A stretch of DNA of 64,000 nt, taken from Candidatus Levyibacteriota bacterium (GTDB taxonomy: Bacteria > Patescibacteriota > Microgenomatia > Levybacterales > UBA12049). The first letter of the stretch is position 1. Every line of letters starts with the position of its first letter. The notes beneath the pieces were generated by a model that ran no database searches, was not told the DNA's origin, and saw nothing but the letters and a program-made list of their open reading frames with translations. A program made the position numbers and the translations under genes. Shown piece by piece: positions 8,449 to 18,374 of the stretch. Location: the NCBI GenBank assembly GCA_052034235.1, contig JBPOIT010000009.1:136203-200202 (forward strand), written 5' to 3'.

Positions 8449-8494
8449 TTGACAATCTACTTGACAATTGTATACTAATAGTTTACAATTGTCA
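8449..8494 (+). promoter_or_regulatory. promoter (-35 TTGACA 8449-8454, 16-nt spacer, -10 TATACT 8471-8476) overlapped by an inverted repeat TGACAATTGTA-N11-TACAATTGTCA containing two ACAATTGT palindromes
   Basis: Read directly from sequence upstream of the wHTH-ATPase gene; likely autoregulatory operator. Confidence 0.5.
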
Positions 8495-8496
8495 GT

Positions 8497-9534
8497 ATGG
8501 ATACGAAAAGTAAAATTCTTGAGATAGCATCAAAGGAAACAAAATTTAAAACGTCAGATGTTGTGAAATCGTTGCGTGGAAATGTATCAAGACAATTTAT
8601 AAGCTACGAGATAAATAATCTAGTAAAACAGGGCATACTTGTAAAAGGTGGTTCTACTAAAAACTCATTTTATACGTTACCCTCAAATGCAATTGTTCTT
8701 GGAACTAAATTTCATAAACGGTTAACGAATAAAGATCTCAAGGAACATGAGGTATTTGATAAATTGCAGCATCAAACTACTTTCATTGAAAATTTAAGAG
8801 AAAATGTATATAGCATTCTTGCATATGCATTCTCTGAGATGCTGAACAATGCGATAGAACACTCAGAATCAAAATATATTGAAGTCTCTGTCGAAAAAAT
8901 ACAAGATAATTTTGTTTTTGTTGTAGATGATTTTGGAATTGGAGTTTTTAGAAATGTGATGAATAAAAGAAAACTTAATTCTGAAATTGAAGCAATACAA
9001 GATCTTCTAAAAGGTAAAACAACAACACAACCACAAGCGCATTCAGGAGAAGGGATATTCTTTACGTCAAAAGCTGCAGATGTATTTATATTGGAAAGCT
9101 TTGGATACAGATTGAGAATAGATAATGTAATAAACGACATCTTTCTAGAAGAATTAAAACCATCAAAACAAGGAACTAGAGTTACTTTTACCATTTCGAT
9201 AAACTCAAAAAGACATCTAAATAAGATTTTTAAGGACTATCAAACTGATCCTGAAGAAATGGCTTTTGATAAAACAGAAGTCAAAGTGAGACTTTACACA
9301 ATGGGAACAATTTATATTTCGCGCTCTCAAGCTAGAAGAGTATTAACAGACTTAGAAAAATTTCGATCAGTTATTCTTGACTTCGATAAAGTTCCGACCA
9401 TTGGACAAGCATTTGCAGATGAAATTTTTAGAGTATTTCAGACAAAACATCCAGAAATAACAATAAAGCCAATCAATATGAATGATGCAGTTTCTTTTAT
9501 GATAGGTCGTGTAGAAAAACTAAACTCTGATTAG
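8497..9534 (+). CDS. wHTH - GHKL (HATPase_c-like) ATPase - STAS-like (DUF4325-like) three-domain protein
   Basis: 345 aa; Bergerat-fold motifs N-box EMLNNAIEH, G1 DDFGIG, G2 SGEGIFF; C-terminal RRVLTDLEKFRSVILDFDKVPTIGQAFADEIF resembles a STAS/anti-sigma-antagonist fold. Confidence 0.55.
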   Translation: MDTKSKILEIASKETKFKTSDVVKSLRGNVSRQFISYEINNLVKQGILVKGGSTKNSFYTLPSNAIVLGTKFHKRLTNKDLKEHEVFDKLQHQTTFIENLRENVYSILAYAFSEMLNNAIEHSESKYIEVSVEKIQDNFVFVVDDFGIGVFRNVMNKRKLNSEIEAIQDLLKGKTTTQPQAHSGEGIFFTSKAADVFILESFGYRLRIDNVINDIFLEELKPSKQGTRVTFTISINSKRHLNKIFKDYQTDPEEMAFDKTEVKVRLYTMGTIYISRSQARRVLTDLEKFRSVILDFDKVPTIGQAFADEIFRVFQTKHPEITIKPINMNDAVSFMIGRVEKLNSD

Positions 9535-9795
9535 AATCTGCTTCGTCGTTTATCCCAGTTACTTAATGAGGTATACCATGAGAATAAATTATGCCTTGAC
9601 TGCAAAAGTAGAAACCACTTCCAATTATAATCTTAATTCTTGTTCCAACTTATATCTAAAGTGTCCACAAGTTTAAAATCCTGTTACAATTAGCGTTTTT
9701 ATTATTAATAATCATTTTCTAAAAATGCGAAATACCCGTTTAGCTACGTTATTAACTAAGCTTAAGATTATTAATTAAATTTTTCTTTTTTCTCT

Positions 9796-10887
9796 TCACC
9801 GCGGTTTATATTTTAACTTTTGCACTGGATTATCAATAAGCAGAAGTAGCATAATTGATGCAATAACCGTTACAATAATAATCGTCAAACTAAAAAGAGG
9901 ATTTTGCATAGCAAAATTAAGGTAATAAGTATTATAAATCTGGATTACAAATATATGTGTTATATACATTGGATAGGATAAACGGCCCACAAAATTATCC
10001 ACCTTGCTCAATTTTGTAAGCTTAAAAATAAATGGAATAGATACTACTAGGAGAATATATAACAGTATACGAAATGGATTATAGGTGTATAAATCTATTC
10101 CTGGAATTTGTGAATAGAAGACAATACTAAAAACGAGGGTTGCAAACAGAATCCATGGAATTTTTGACGGTACATGTTTCAATCGTATATACCTATACAG
10201 TAAATATGAATAATGCCCAGCGAGGAAAAAACAAATTTCAGCTGGGAAGAAACGATAAGGCCACGGTTCAAAAGTTAAACCTATTACATAGAGAAAACAT
10301 TTTATAAAAAGACTTAGTGAAAAAACAGTGAGAATAAATTTCCATCCGCGTTTAAAGATAAACGGAGCAATCACATAAAAACTTAACTCTATTCCAAGGG
10401 TCCAAGCCTGTGGAACAAAAAGAAAACTTTCCAGCCAGATTTTTGTCGTAGTATATTGCTGCGTAAAAAACAGTAATCCGGTATGAGTATTTAAACTCAT
10501 AAAAAAGAGCATGTCTTGACCAAAAAGAAATAAATTTGTAAATATAAAATAAAGTAAGGTCAAAGGATTCATATAAGGTATATATGTAATATAGGCAATG
10601 AAATGATTATCTAAATGTGCAAAATGCCAAAATAATGAGGTTATAAATACCATCAGAAGTACTGTCCAGTACATCGGATACAATCGCAAGAATCTGTTTT
10701 TCAGAAAGTGTATATAGGTCTTCTGGCCTTTATTATATTTTTCATGCAAGACTAGAGACATATAAAACCCAGAAAGGATAAAAAATGATTCGACAGCAGT
10801 CATACCTCCTACTAATTTAACACCAAAAATTGGCAATGTATGTCCAACTATTACAGCCACTGCAAGCAAAAAACGTATTAATCCCAT
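9796..10887 (-). CDS. acyltransferase family 3 (OafA/YrhL-like) membrane O-acyltransferase
   Basis: Multi-TM protein with FFILSGF motif; the ORF-track start 11031 probably over-extends, internal start MGLIRFLLAVAVIVGH at 10887 preferred. Confidence 0.7.
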   Translation of the reverse strand: MGLIRFLLAVAVIVGHTLPIFGVKLVGGMTAVESFFILSGFYMSLVLHEKYNKGQKTYIHFLKNRFLRLYPMYWTVLLMVFITSLFWHFAHLDNHFIAYITYIPYMNPLTLLYFIFTNLFLFGQDMLFFMSLNTHTGLLFFTQQYTTTKIWLESFLFVPQAWTLGIELSFYVIAPFIFKRGWKFILTVFSLSLFIKCFLYVIGLTFEPWPYRFFPAEICFFLAGHYSYLLYRYIRLKHVPSKIPWILFATLVFSIVFYSQIPGIDLYTYNPFRILLYILLVVSIPFIFKLTKLSKVDNFVGRLSYPMYITHIFVIQIYNTYYLNFAMQNPLFSLTIIIVTVIASIMLLLLIDNPVQKLKYKPR

Positions 10888-11032
10888 GTGAATTGAGTTT
10901 AGCAGACGAATATAGCGTATGTATATCGGAATGCCAATCGGCACCGTAACACTGATCGTATATGGTTGTTCACGAGCATCGGAAAAAATACCATATACAT
11001 CCTTTCCAATATATTTCAGATTTGTCCACATA

Positions 11033-11075
11033 ATTAAGCCGCAGTAATGCAGCTTTTTTATTGGTATAATAGATT
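11033..11075 (+). repeat. hairpin-containing ~40-nt repeat, copy 2 (tgtccacataattaagccgcagtaatgcagcttttttattgg)
   Basis: About 38 of 42 nt identical to 8364-8404, same orientation, one stem mismatch. Confidence 0.5.
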
Positions 11076-11087
11076 GCGGGTGGCTTC

Positions 11088-12608
11088 ATGACTCCAAAAA
11101 AAATCTTTCTGCTTCTTATTCCTTTTATATATCTTCTTTTTCTGCTTTTAAAAGTTGATCCGAGTTTCGATGTGGATTTGGGGAGGCATATTAAAATGGG
11201 CCAGATTATTAGTGAGTGTGGTTGTGTTCCTGATCAAAATTTATTTTCGTTTACACACCCGGAATATAAAACGGTAACACATTCATGGCTAAGTGAAGTG
11301 ATTTTTTTCCAATTTGCATCTCTCTTTGGGATTACAAGTTTACTTTATTTGAAGGCAGGAATTATAGTTATTACCTTTGGGATAGTTTATATGTTTTCTG
11401 TAAAGAAAGAAGCGTTTCTTACCTCCGTTTTATTTAGTCTACTTACAGTTGCGATTTTTGCAACAAGATTTACCGTTAGACCTGAACTCTTTAGTTATCT
11501 TTTTATTGCGCTTTTCCTGCTCATTTTCGAACTCTATAAAAGAAGGCATAAAATGATATTTTTATGGCTTTTGCCGTTTATAACTGTGCTTTGGGTTAAT
11601 ATGCATATTTATTTTTTTCTGGCATTCTTGCTGTTTGCATCTTTCTTGGTTGAAGATATAATCACAAACAAAAAATTTAATAAGGCATTTATTCCGCTTT
11701 CTCTTGTTATGTTATGTGCGCCATTTATTAATCCAGCTTTTGTTGCAGGAGCGTTCTATCCGCTGCATATCTTTAATAATTACGGGGCGCCAATAATTGA
11801 GAATTACCCGGCTGCAAGACTACTTACTTTTTATACTCCTTTGTCACCACAATTTATAACGATTCTTATTTTTGAAGTGATTAGTTGTTTTGCATTGGCA
11901 GGAGTACTTTTATATCCAAGAAAAAAAATGATAGCAGTAAAAGTGAATACAACAGTCGGAATTTTACTGGGGCAACTATTAATTCGTTGTATGGCCCTTT
12001 TTTCACTCCTTGGCTTACCGTTCGTTATAAAAGAATATATTTATCTTGAAAAGCATGTGACAAAGTCTGCGAAAAAAAAATTCGCCATAGTTCTCAATGG
12101 CGTATTGTTGATAAGTTTTATCATCCTTTTTGTTACGCAGATAAAACAAATCATCATGTATGAACAATTACATTTTGGTTTTCAAATGTCTCAAGAAAGA
12201 GCGGTTAATTTCTTTTCGAAAAATAATCTACAGGGAAATATTTTTAACAATCCATCAGTCGGAAATTATTTAGTTTATCGTCTTTATCCAAATCAAAAAG
12301 TATTTATTGATAGTAGACCGGAAGCGTATCCCTCAATTATTTTTGACGAATATTTCAAAATGCTGCAAGATAAAAATTATTTTAATGAGCAGGCCGAAAA
12401 GTATAACATCAATGTGATATTTTTTAGTCCGATAGAATATCCACAATTTTCAAGGACATTTCTAGCAAATATAATAGATGATTCTCATTGGGCACCGGTT
12501 TATTGGGATGGAAATGTTATGATTTTTGTTAAGAATACAAAGGAAAACGAAATCATTATTAAAGAGAATAGCCAATTGAGAACTATGCTACTCAGAACAC
12601 TACATTAA
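11088..12608 (+). CDS. polytopic membrane protein, GT-C-like glycosyltransferase (tandem paralog 1 of 3)
   Basis: 506 aa, >10 TM; shared motifs DLGRH, SWLSEV, WVNMHIYF and C-terminal QGNIFNN...VFIDSRPEAYP with 12644 and 14915. Confidence 0.6.
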   Translation: MTPKKIFLLLIPFIYLLFLLLKVDPSFDVDLGRHIKMGQIISECGCVPDQNLFSFTHPEYKTVTHSWLSEVIFFQFASLFGITSLLYLKAGIIVITFGIVYMFSVKKEAFLTSVLFSLLTVAIFATRFTVRPELFSYLFIALFLLIFELYKRRHKMIFLWLLPFITVLWVNMHIYFFLAFLLFASFLVEDIITNKKFNKAFIPLSLVMLCAPFINPAFVAGAFYPLHIFNNYGAPIIENYPAARLLTFYTPLSPQFITILIFEVISCFALAGVLLYPRKKMIAVKVNTTVGILLGQLLIRCMALFSLLGLPFVIKEYIYLEKHVTKSAKKKFAIVLNGVLLISFIILFVTQIKQIIMYEQLHFGFQMSQERAVNFFSKNNLQGNIFNNPSVGNYLVYRLYPNQKVFIDSRPEAYPSIIFDEYFKMLQDKNYFNEQAEKYNINVIFFSPIEYPQFSRTFLANIIDDSHWAPVYWDGNVMIFVKNTKENEIIIKENSQLRTMLLRTLH

Positions 12609-12643
12609 AAAGTATTACTGCTCTCGTGTATAATTATTTATAG

Positions 12644-14047
12644 ATGCATACTCGTTTAATGGTGGTTCTATTTCTACTCTTTCTCTCTCTGTTCTTTTTT
12701 AAAAGCCTTGCACTTGATCCTGATTTAGGTTGGCATCTTGCAACTGGTAGTTATATATTATCATATGGATTTCCACAGACAGACCCTTTTTCTTATAGCA
12801 TGCCTAGTTATCCAATCATTTTTTATGCTTGGTTAACAGATGTTATACTCGCAAGTCTTTATAAAGTAGTAGGTATTCCAGGACTAGCATTTCTTGTCGC
12901 TGCGTTTGCAATTGCTAGTCTTTGGTTGCTTCTTCCAAAATCAAAACAAAATCACATTGTTATACCACTATTGTTATGTGGCTCGACATTGTTATTTGTA
13001 ATAGGTATTAGAGCACAGGTTTTTACCTGGTTACTATTTGCATTGTTCCTCTTAGTACTAAAAAAAGAAAAGAAACAGAAATATATCCTACTGCCGATTA
13101 TCTTTTTGTTTTGGGCCAATATGCATGGGAGTTTCATTTTAGGTCTAGGTATAGTTGCACTCCATAGTATTATTGCTGTCTATACACGTAAGAAAAATTA
13201 CTTACATGATATAGCAGCTGGTTGCATTACCTTTCTCGTAACATTGATTAATCCTTATGGTCTGAAATTGTGGGAAGAGACCTTTCAAATTATATTTTGG
13301 ACTGAGAAACATTTTTTACTTCTAGATTGGTTCCCTGGAATCTTTGTTCCTTATATTCCACTCTGGATTATTTTCTTTTTATCAACGTTTTTCCTTTATA
13401 AATTAGCTAATCGATACACTTTATTTGAGAAAATAGGTTTTATTGTGCTTTTTAGCATTGCAATGGGCGCGATTATCGATATACCCTATTTCGCAATTTT
13501 TGCTTTTCCAATTCTCATAAAAGGTTACAACTATTATCTAGCTGAACCAAAGACAGAGAAAAAACTATTTCTTTCAAGCAGACGTTTTCTTAGTATTATT
13601 TGTCTCGTTATCTTTCTTCACGGAATATTCTTGTTTTATGCAAAACCATATCCTGAAAATGCAGTACGTTATTTAGACAGCCAAAATATTCGAGGGAATA
13701 TTTTTACCGACTTTAATTGGGGTGGATATATTTTATGGGCTTTACCGGATAAAAAAATCTTCATCGATGGACAAATGACTCATTGGAAACAACAAAATAC
13801 ACAAATTGGAGAAAGTGTTAATGCGTTTCAAGAATATCTTCGTATTGCTAGTAGGAAAGAGAGCATAGCAAAATTCACGACAAAATATCATATAAATACT
13901 TTGATTCTGCCGCCGGGCTTTGGAGATTCACATGTTTCAAACGGAGCGAAATTATATCCAGCAGTCTCAGTACAACTCATGAAAGGTGGCTGGGAAATTA
14001 TATATAAAGACGAAATAGCAATTGTTTATCGCAAGATAAGTAAGTAA
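12644..14047 (+). CDS. polytopic membrane protein, GT-C-like glycosyltransferase (paralog 2)
   Basis: 467 aa; DLGWH, AWLTDV, WANMHGSF, RGNIFTDFNWGGYILW...IFIDGQ. Confidence 0.6.
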   Translation: MHTRLMVVLFLLFLSLFFFKSLALDPDLGWHLATGSYILSYGFPQTDPFSYSMPSYPIIFYAWLTDVILASLYKVVGIPGLAFLVAAFAIASLWLLLPKSKQNHIVIPLLLCGSTLLFVIGIRAQVFTWLLFALFLLVLKKEKKQKYILLPIIFLFWANMHGSFILGLGIVALHSIIAVYTRKKNYLHDIAAGCITFLVTLINPYGLKLWEETFQIIFWTEKHFLLLDWFPGIFVPYIPLWIIFFLSTFFLYKLANRYTLFEKIGFIVLFSIAMGAIIDIPYFAIFAFPILIKGYNYYLAEPKTEKKLFLSSRRFLSIICLVIFLHGIFLFYAKPYPENAVRYLDSQNIRGNIFTDFNWGGYILWALPDKKIFIDGQMTHWKQQNTQIGESVNAFQEYLRIASRKESIAKFTTKYHINTLILPPGFGDSHVSNGAKLYPAVSVQLMKGGWEIIYKDEIAIVYRKISK

Positions 14048-14050
14048 CTC

Positions 14051-14914
14051 GTGTATAATGAAACAATGTGGTTGTCTTTACTCTCACTTCATTTGGTAGG
14101 AAATGTTGGCTACAATTTGCTTCTTAGAAAGTCAGTCCTCGCAAAAACTGATAAATGGTTACTCGCCACTATCCTTCAAACAGGGATTGCCATTCCAGCT
14201 TTAATCATAACTCTTTTTAAACCATTCAATTTTTCAGGTTTTAATGATTTTGATATTTTTTTGTTTATCAGTACGATGACTTTAACGATTCTTTTGCAAG
14301 TGTTAAATGTTAAAGCATTGCAGTATCTTGAAGCAAGTGTCTATTCCGTCGTTTATAATACTCGAATTATTCTCATTTCTATTATCGGAACATTACTGTT
14401 GGCCGAAAAATTAACGCCTTTACAAATTATTGGCGGTTTGCTCATTTTTGGTTCTGTTTTTATTGTTAGACAAAAAGAAAAATTTACTGTCACAAAAATC
14501 GGTTTGCTATACGGTTTTGGAGCTGCATTGACGTTGAGTTTTCTTAACGTAACAGAAAAACTTTTAAATCAGAGTGTTGGATTTTTTGAATATTTTTTAC
14601 CTGAATCTATTGCGTGTGCTGTTATTATGTGGGTAATCGTCATAATCCGAAAGACAAAAGTATCCTCGACGCTTTTTACAAAACCCTCAAATATTTTTCT
14701 GATGGGTTTTCGTGCATTATCTGCATTTGGTTTTTCAGCGGCGATTATTTATGGGCCTGTTGCGCTTTCAAATTACATAGCTAGTTTGATCGTTGTTTTG
14801 ACGGTTATTTGTGGTGTACTTTTTCTAAACGAACGCGATTATCTGAAATCAAAAATAATTGCAGCTAGCATTGCCTTTATTGGTTTAACATGTATTTTAT
14901 TTGCAGGATTTTAA
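14051..14914 (+). CDS. DMT/EamA-like 10-TM transporter (possible lipid-linked sugar flippase; inference)
   Basis: 287 aa, two similar ~140-aa hydrophobic halves; embedded between GT-C paralogs. Confidence 0.45.
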   Translation: MYNETMWLSLLSLHLVGNVGYNLLLRKSVLAKTDKWLLATILQTGIAIPALIITLFKPFNFSGFNDFDIFLFISTMTLTILLQVLNVKALQYLEASVYSVVYNTRIILISIIGTLLLAEKLTPLQIIGGLLIFGSVFIVRQKEKFTVTKIGLLYGFGAALTLSFLNVTEKLLNQSVGFFEYFLPESIACAVIMWVIVIIRKTKVSSTLFTKPSNIFLMGFRALSAFGFSAAIIYGPVALSNYIASLIVVLTVICGVLFLNERDYLKSKIIAASIAFIGLTCILFAGF

Positions 14915-16426
14915 ATGCAAAAAATATTACTTTCTCTCTGCTGCATTGTACTTTTTTTACTACTTTTCGTGGGGGTTTTTCATCCTATAAAATCAATTAA
15001 TGAAGATTTAGGTAGGCATTTGCTCCTCGGAGAAATCATTAGTCAGACAGGAAATGTTCCAACAATTAATCTTCTTTCTTATACCTATCATGACTACCCG
15101 TTTATTAATTCTCATTGGCTTTCCGAGGTTGTTTTTTACCAAGTAGTAAGCAGGGGAGGATTTGTGATGTTACTATTTTTCACAACTATGCTAACTGTTG
15201 TTTCCTTTTCCTTACTTTTTACTTTCGCGAGTAAACATTATGCTTTATCATATAGTTTATTAACGGGTGTTGTCTTACTGCCTGTTATTTTGAGAAGGAG
15301 TGAAATACGTCCTGAAGTTTTCAGTTTTTTCTTTGAAGCAATTTTTCTCCTGATTCTTTTTACTTATAGATCTAAATATACGAAATGGATTTATCTTCTT
15401 ATTCCGTTGCAAATACTTTGGGTTAATATGCATATCTATTTTGTGATAGGAATAATTCTTATCATAATCTTTCTTTTTGATTTACTTGTTAGACAAAAAT
15501 TTCATTTAAATTATAAAACAAAGGTATTAACTTTTGTTTTTCTTATTACTGTATTAAGTACTCTCTTTAATCCGAATGGTATACATGGTTCACTTTTCCC
15601 TTTTTTCGTTTTGCAAAATTATGGAATGCCCATTCTTGAGAATCAAAGTATTTTTCTCATCACTAATCAAAATCATATCTTTCAACTTGCGTATAGCGTG
15701 CTAATCATCATCGCAGTATTCATGGCCCTTTTCTTAAACAGAAAAAAGACTTCTTCGAGTGATTGGCTACTGGTTATCGTTTTTTCAATTTTGGCGTTTA
15801 CTGCTGTTCGAAATATTCCTCTTTATGCATATGCAGTGTATGTGCCATTAACTGCTTTATTTTCCAGATACATACCTTTAGTGGGTAAGATCTTCTCAAA
15901 TATTTATTCAAAAACGTTTGTAAAATCACTCAAACTATTTTCTCTCTCTATGCTCATCATTTTTTTAATATTCTATCTTTTTACTATTTCGACAACACGT
16001 CCTTTTGGATTCGGTGTTATTGAAAATGCAAAAGGAAGCGCTGATTTTTTTCTCAAAAACAAGTTACAAGGTCCCATGTTTAATAATTTCAATACGGGCA
16101 GTTATTATGCTTACAGATTTTATCCCAAAGAAAAAATATTTGTTGATGGAAGACCTGAGGCGTATCCAAAAGCATTTTTTGAAGATATCTATCTTCCGAT
16201 GAGAAGAAATCCTCAAATGTTTGCAAAACAAATGAAGGTGTATGATTTTAATACGATCATTATTTCAGACTGGAAATATGGCGGAGTAGAAAAGAACGTT
16301 ATTGAAATGTTGCAAAATGACAAGAGGTACGCATTAGTATATCTTGATGAACATGAATTAATTTTTGTAAAACGAATTACGGAGCATACAGAAGTTATAT
16401 CTCATTACGCTATCGAAAATGAATAA
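14915..16426 (+). CDS. polytopic membrane protein, GT-C-like glycosyltransferase (paralog 3)
   Basis: 503 aa; DLGRH, HWLSEVVFYQ, WVNMHIYF, QGPMFNNFNTGSYYAYRFYP...IFVDGRPEAYP. Confidence 0.6.
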   Translation: MQKILLSLCCIVLFLLLFVGVFHPIKSINEDLGRHLLLGEIISQTGNVPTINLLSYTYHDYPFINSHWLSEVVFYQVVSRGGFVMLLFFTTMLTVVSFSLLFTFASKHYALSYSLLTGVVLLPVILRRSEIRPEVFSFFFEAIFLLILFTYRSKYTKWIYLLIPLQILWVNMHIYFVIGIILIIIFLFDLLVRQKFHLNYKTKVLTFVFLITVLSTLFNPNGIHGSLFPFFVLQNYGMPILENQSIFLITNQNHIFQLAYSVLIIIAVFMALFLNRKKTSSSDWLLVIVFSILAFTAVRNIPLYAYAVYVPLTALFSRYIPLVGKIFSNIYSKTFVKSLKLFSLSMLIIFLIFYLFTISTTRPFGFGVIENAKGSADFFLKNKLQGPMFNNFNTGSYYAYRFYPKEKIFVDGRPEAYPKAFFEDIYLPMRRNPQMFAKQMKVYDFNTIIISDWKYGGVEKNVIEMLQNDKRYALVYLDEHELIFVKRITEHTEVISHYAIENE

Positions 16427-16438
16427 CATATTCTAACT

Positions 16439-18328
16439 CTAGAAGAGATCTTCATTCTCTTTGAATTCTTGAGATTTTTTTATCTTTTCAAAATTTTGAG
16501 AGATTACATGTTCTGGTATCTCAAGAACAAAACGAGAGACAGTATTAGTAAGTCTTTGTCCAAAGAATAATCGACGTCTGGCATACGTAATAAAAAGTTT
16601 TTCTTTTGCTCGGGTCATACCCACATAGCAAAGGCGCCTTTCTTCTTCCAATTCCTGCTTATCCATTAGGCTTCTGCTGTGAGGGAATAATCCTTCTTCC
16701 ATGCCAATCATAAAGACAATAGGGAACTCGAGCCCCTTTGCTGCATGTAGTGTCATCAGTGTTATCGCATTTTTCTTATCATTATTCTCTTGTGGGTCAT
16801 GATGATATTCTTGCTCGACTAATGCAACATTTTCCAGAAATTCAGTGAGATTTGGAAAAGCGATAGCAACAGATCGTAGTTCTTTTATATTCTCAAGTCG
16901 TGCACGATCTTCTTCAATTTTTTCATCGTATAAATCAAGGTATTTTGTTGAACGAATGACACCGTCCAGTATATCTATTGTGTTCATTTGATCAGCAACA
17001 GTTTCACCTTCCATTTCTTTTGGCAATGGAACAGCAAGTGTCTCTCTAAAGAGAAGGAAATGCTGCAACCGACCTTTACCGAGTTTTTCGATACGTTTAT
17101 ATGCAAGCATATCTTTTTCATTATGGATAACACGTAAATAGGAGAGAATATCTTTTATTTCTTTACGGTCATAAAAACGTACACCTCCTATAAGGAGGTA
17201 TGGAACTCCGTGATGGAGGAGTGCTTCTTCGATAACACGCGATTGTGCATTGGTGCGGTATAAGACTGCTACTTTTCTCAAGTTCTTGAGTCCCAGATTG
17301 GCGACGGTTCGCAATATGAAATCTGCTTCATCCTGTTCATTCATAGCTTCATAAACTTCTATTTCTTCGCCGTCCGGATTTTCAGTCCATAACTTTAAAA
17401 CAGGATGTGAAGTATTTCTTGCGATAACGGTCGATGCTGCATCGAGTATTTTTTGAGTTGAACGATAATTTTGAGACAATGAAAAGGTTTGTGTTTGTGG
17501 ATAATCATCTTTAAATTTCATAAGATTTCTGTAGTCAGCACCACGCCAGGAATAAATACTTTGAGAAAAATCTCCGACCACACAAATATTCTTCCACTTA
17601 TCTGAAAGGAGTTTAGTTAGACGATACTGCGCTCTATTGGTGTCTTGATATTCATCAACAAGAACGTAGCGAAATCGGTTTTGATATTTCTCAAGAACTT
17701 GAGGATTTTCCATAAAAAGTCGAATTGTTTGGAGGATAAGATCGTCAAAATCTAGTGCGTCATTAGCTTTAAGTATTTTTTGGTAAACAGGGTAGATTTT
17801 GGCAACAGTTTCTTGGAAATAACCCCTGGCAAACTTAAAATAATCCTCATGAGATAAAAGTTCGTTTTTTGCCTGTGAAATAGTTGAAAGAACAGAATAA
17901 GGCTTAAAATCTTTTGTAGAAATCTGGAGCTGACTCATTGCTTCCTTTATAGCGTCAAGTTGGTCTTGGGAGTCGAAAATAAGAAATTTTTGAGAATAAC
18001 CAAGGTATTTCCCTTCAACTCTCATTATCTTGGCACAGAGAGAGTGAAATGTTGCTACCCATGGTGTGCCTGTATGCTTGGAAAGATCATATTCAGCAAG
18101 ATTCTTTTGTATTCGCTCTTTCATCTCATTTGCAGCTTTGTTGGTGAATGTAACCTGCAAAATGGATTCTGGCTCGACATTCTTTTCGGTTATTAAATAA
18201 ATGACTTTAAACGTGAGTACGCGAGTTTTTCCTGAGCCTGCACCTGCAAGAATAATTGTCGGACCTTCTGTATTGAGCACAGCTTTTTTTTGTTCTGGAT
18301 TTAAATCCTTGAGCAGTATATGATTCAT
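16439..18328 (-). CDS. UvrD/PcrA/Rep-family superfamily-1 DNA helicase (compact form)
   Basis: 629 aa; Walker A AGAGSGKT, LNPEQKKAV, QVTFTNKAANEM, VDEYQDTN. Confidence 0.85.
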   Translation of the reverse strand: MNHILLKDLNPEQKKAVLNTEGPTIILAGAGSGKTRVLTFKVIYLITEKNVEPESILQVTFTNKAANEMKERIQKNLAEYDLSKHTGTPWVATFHSLCAKIMRVEGKYLGYSQKFLIFDSQDQLDAIKEAMSQLQISTKDFKPYSVLSTISQAKNELLSHEDYFKFARGYFQETVAKIYPVYQKILKANDALDFDDLILQTIRLFMENPQVLEKYQNRFRYVLVDEYQDTNRAQYRLTKLLSDKWKNICVVGDFSQSIYSWRGADYRNLMKFKDDYPQTQTFSLSQNYRSTQKILDAASTVIARNTSHPVLKLWTENPDGEEIEVYEAMNEQDEADFILRTVANLGLKNLRKVAVLYRTNAQSRVIEEALLHHGVPYLLIGGVRFYDRKEIKDILSYLRVIHNEKDMLAYKRIEKLGKGRLQHFLLFRETLAVPLPKEMEGETVADQMNTIDILDGVIRSTKYLDLYDEKIEEDRARLENIKELRSVAIAFPNLTEFLENVALVEQEYHHDPQENNDKKNAITLMTLHAAKGLEFPIVFMIGMEEGLFPHSRSLMDKQELEEERRLCYVGMTRAKEKLFITYARRRLFFGQRLTNTVSRFVLEIPEHVISQNFEKIKKSQEFKENEDLF

Positions 18329-18374
18329 AGGGTATAATATTTTAAAGGTTAAGAAGTACTATTTATTCTACCAT

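Noticed and set aside
8263-9194. Small ORFs 8263-8448 (minus) and 8772-9194 (minus)
   Set aside because: They overlap a promoter and hairpin region and the antisense of the ATPase gene; no coding signal, AT-rich chance ORFs.
1-9540. Shared 9-mer GATTAGAAT at window position 1 and at 9531 as a possible att repeat
   Set aside because: Only 9 nt, with no flanking similarity; consistent with chance in AT-rich DNA. Serine integrases do not require long direct repeats.
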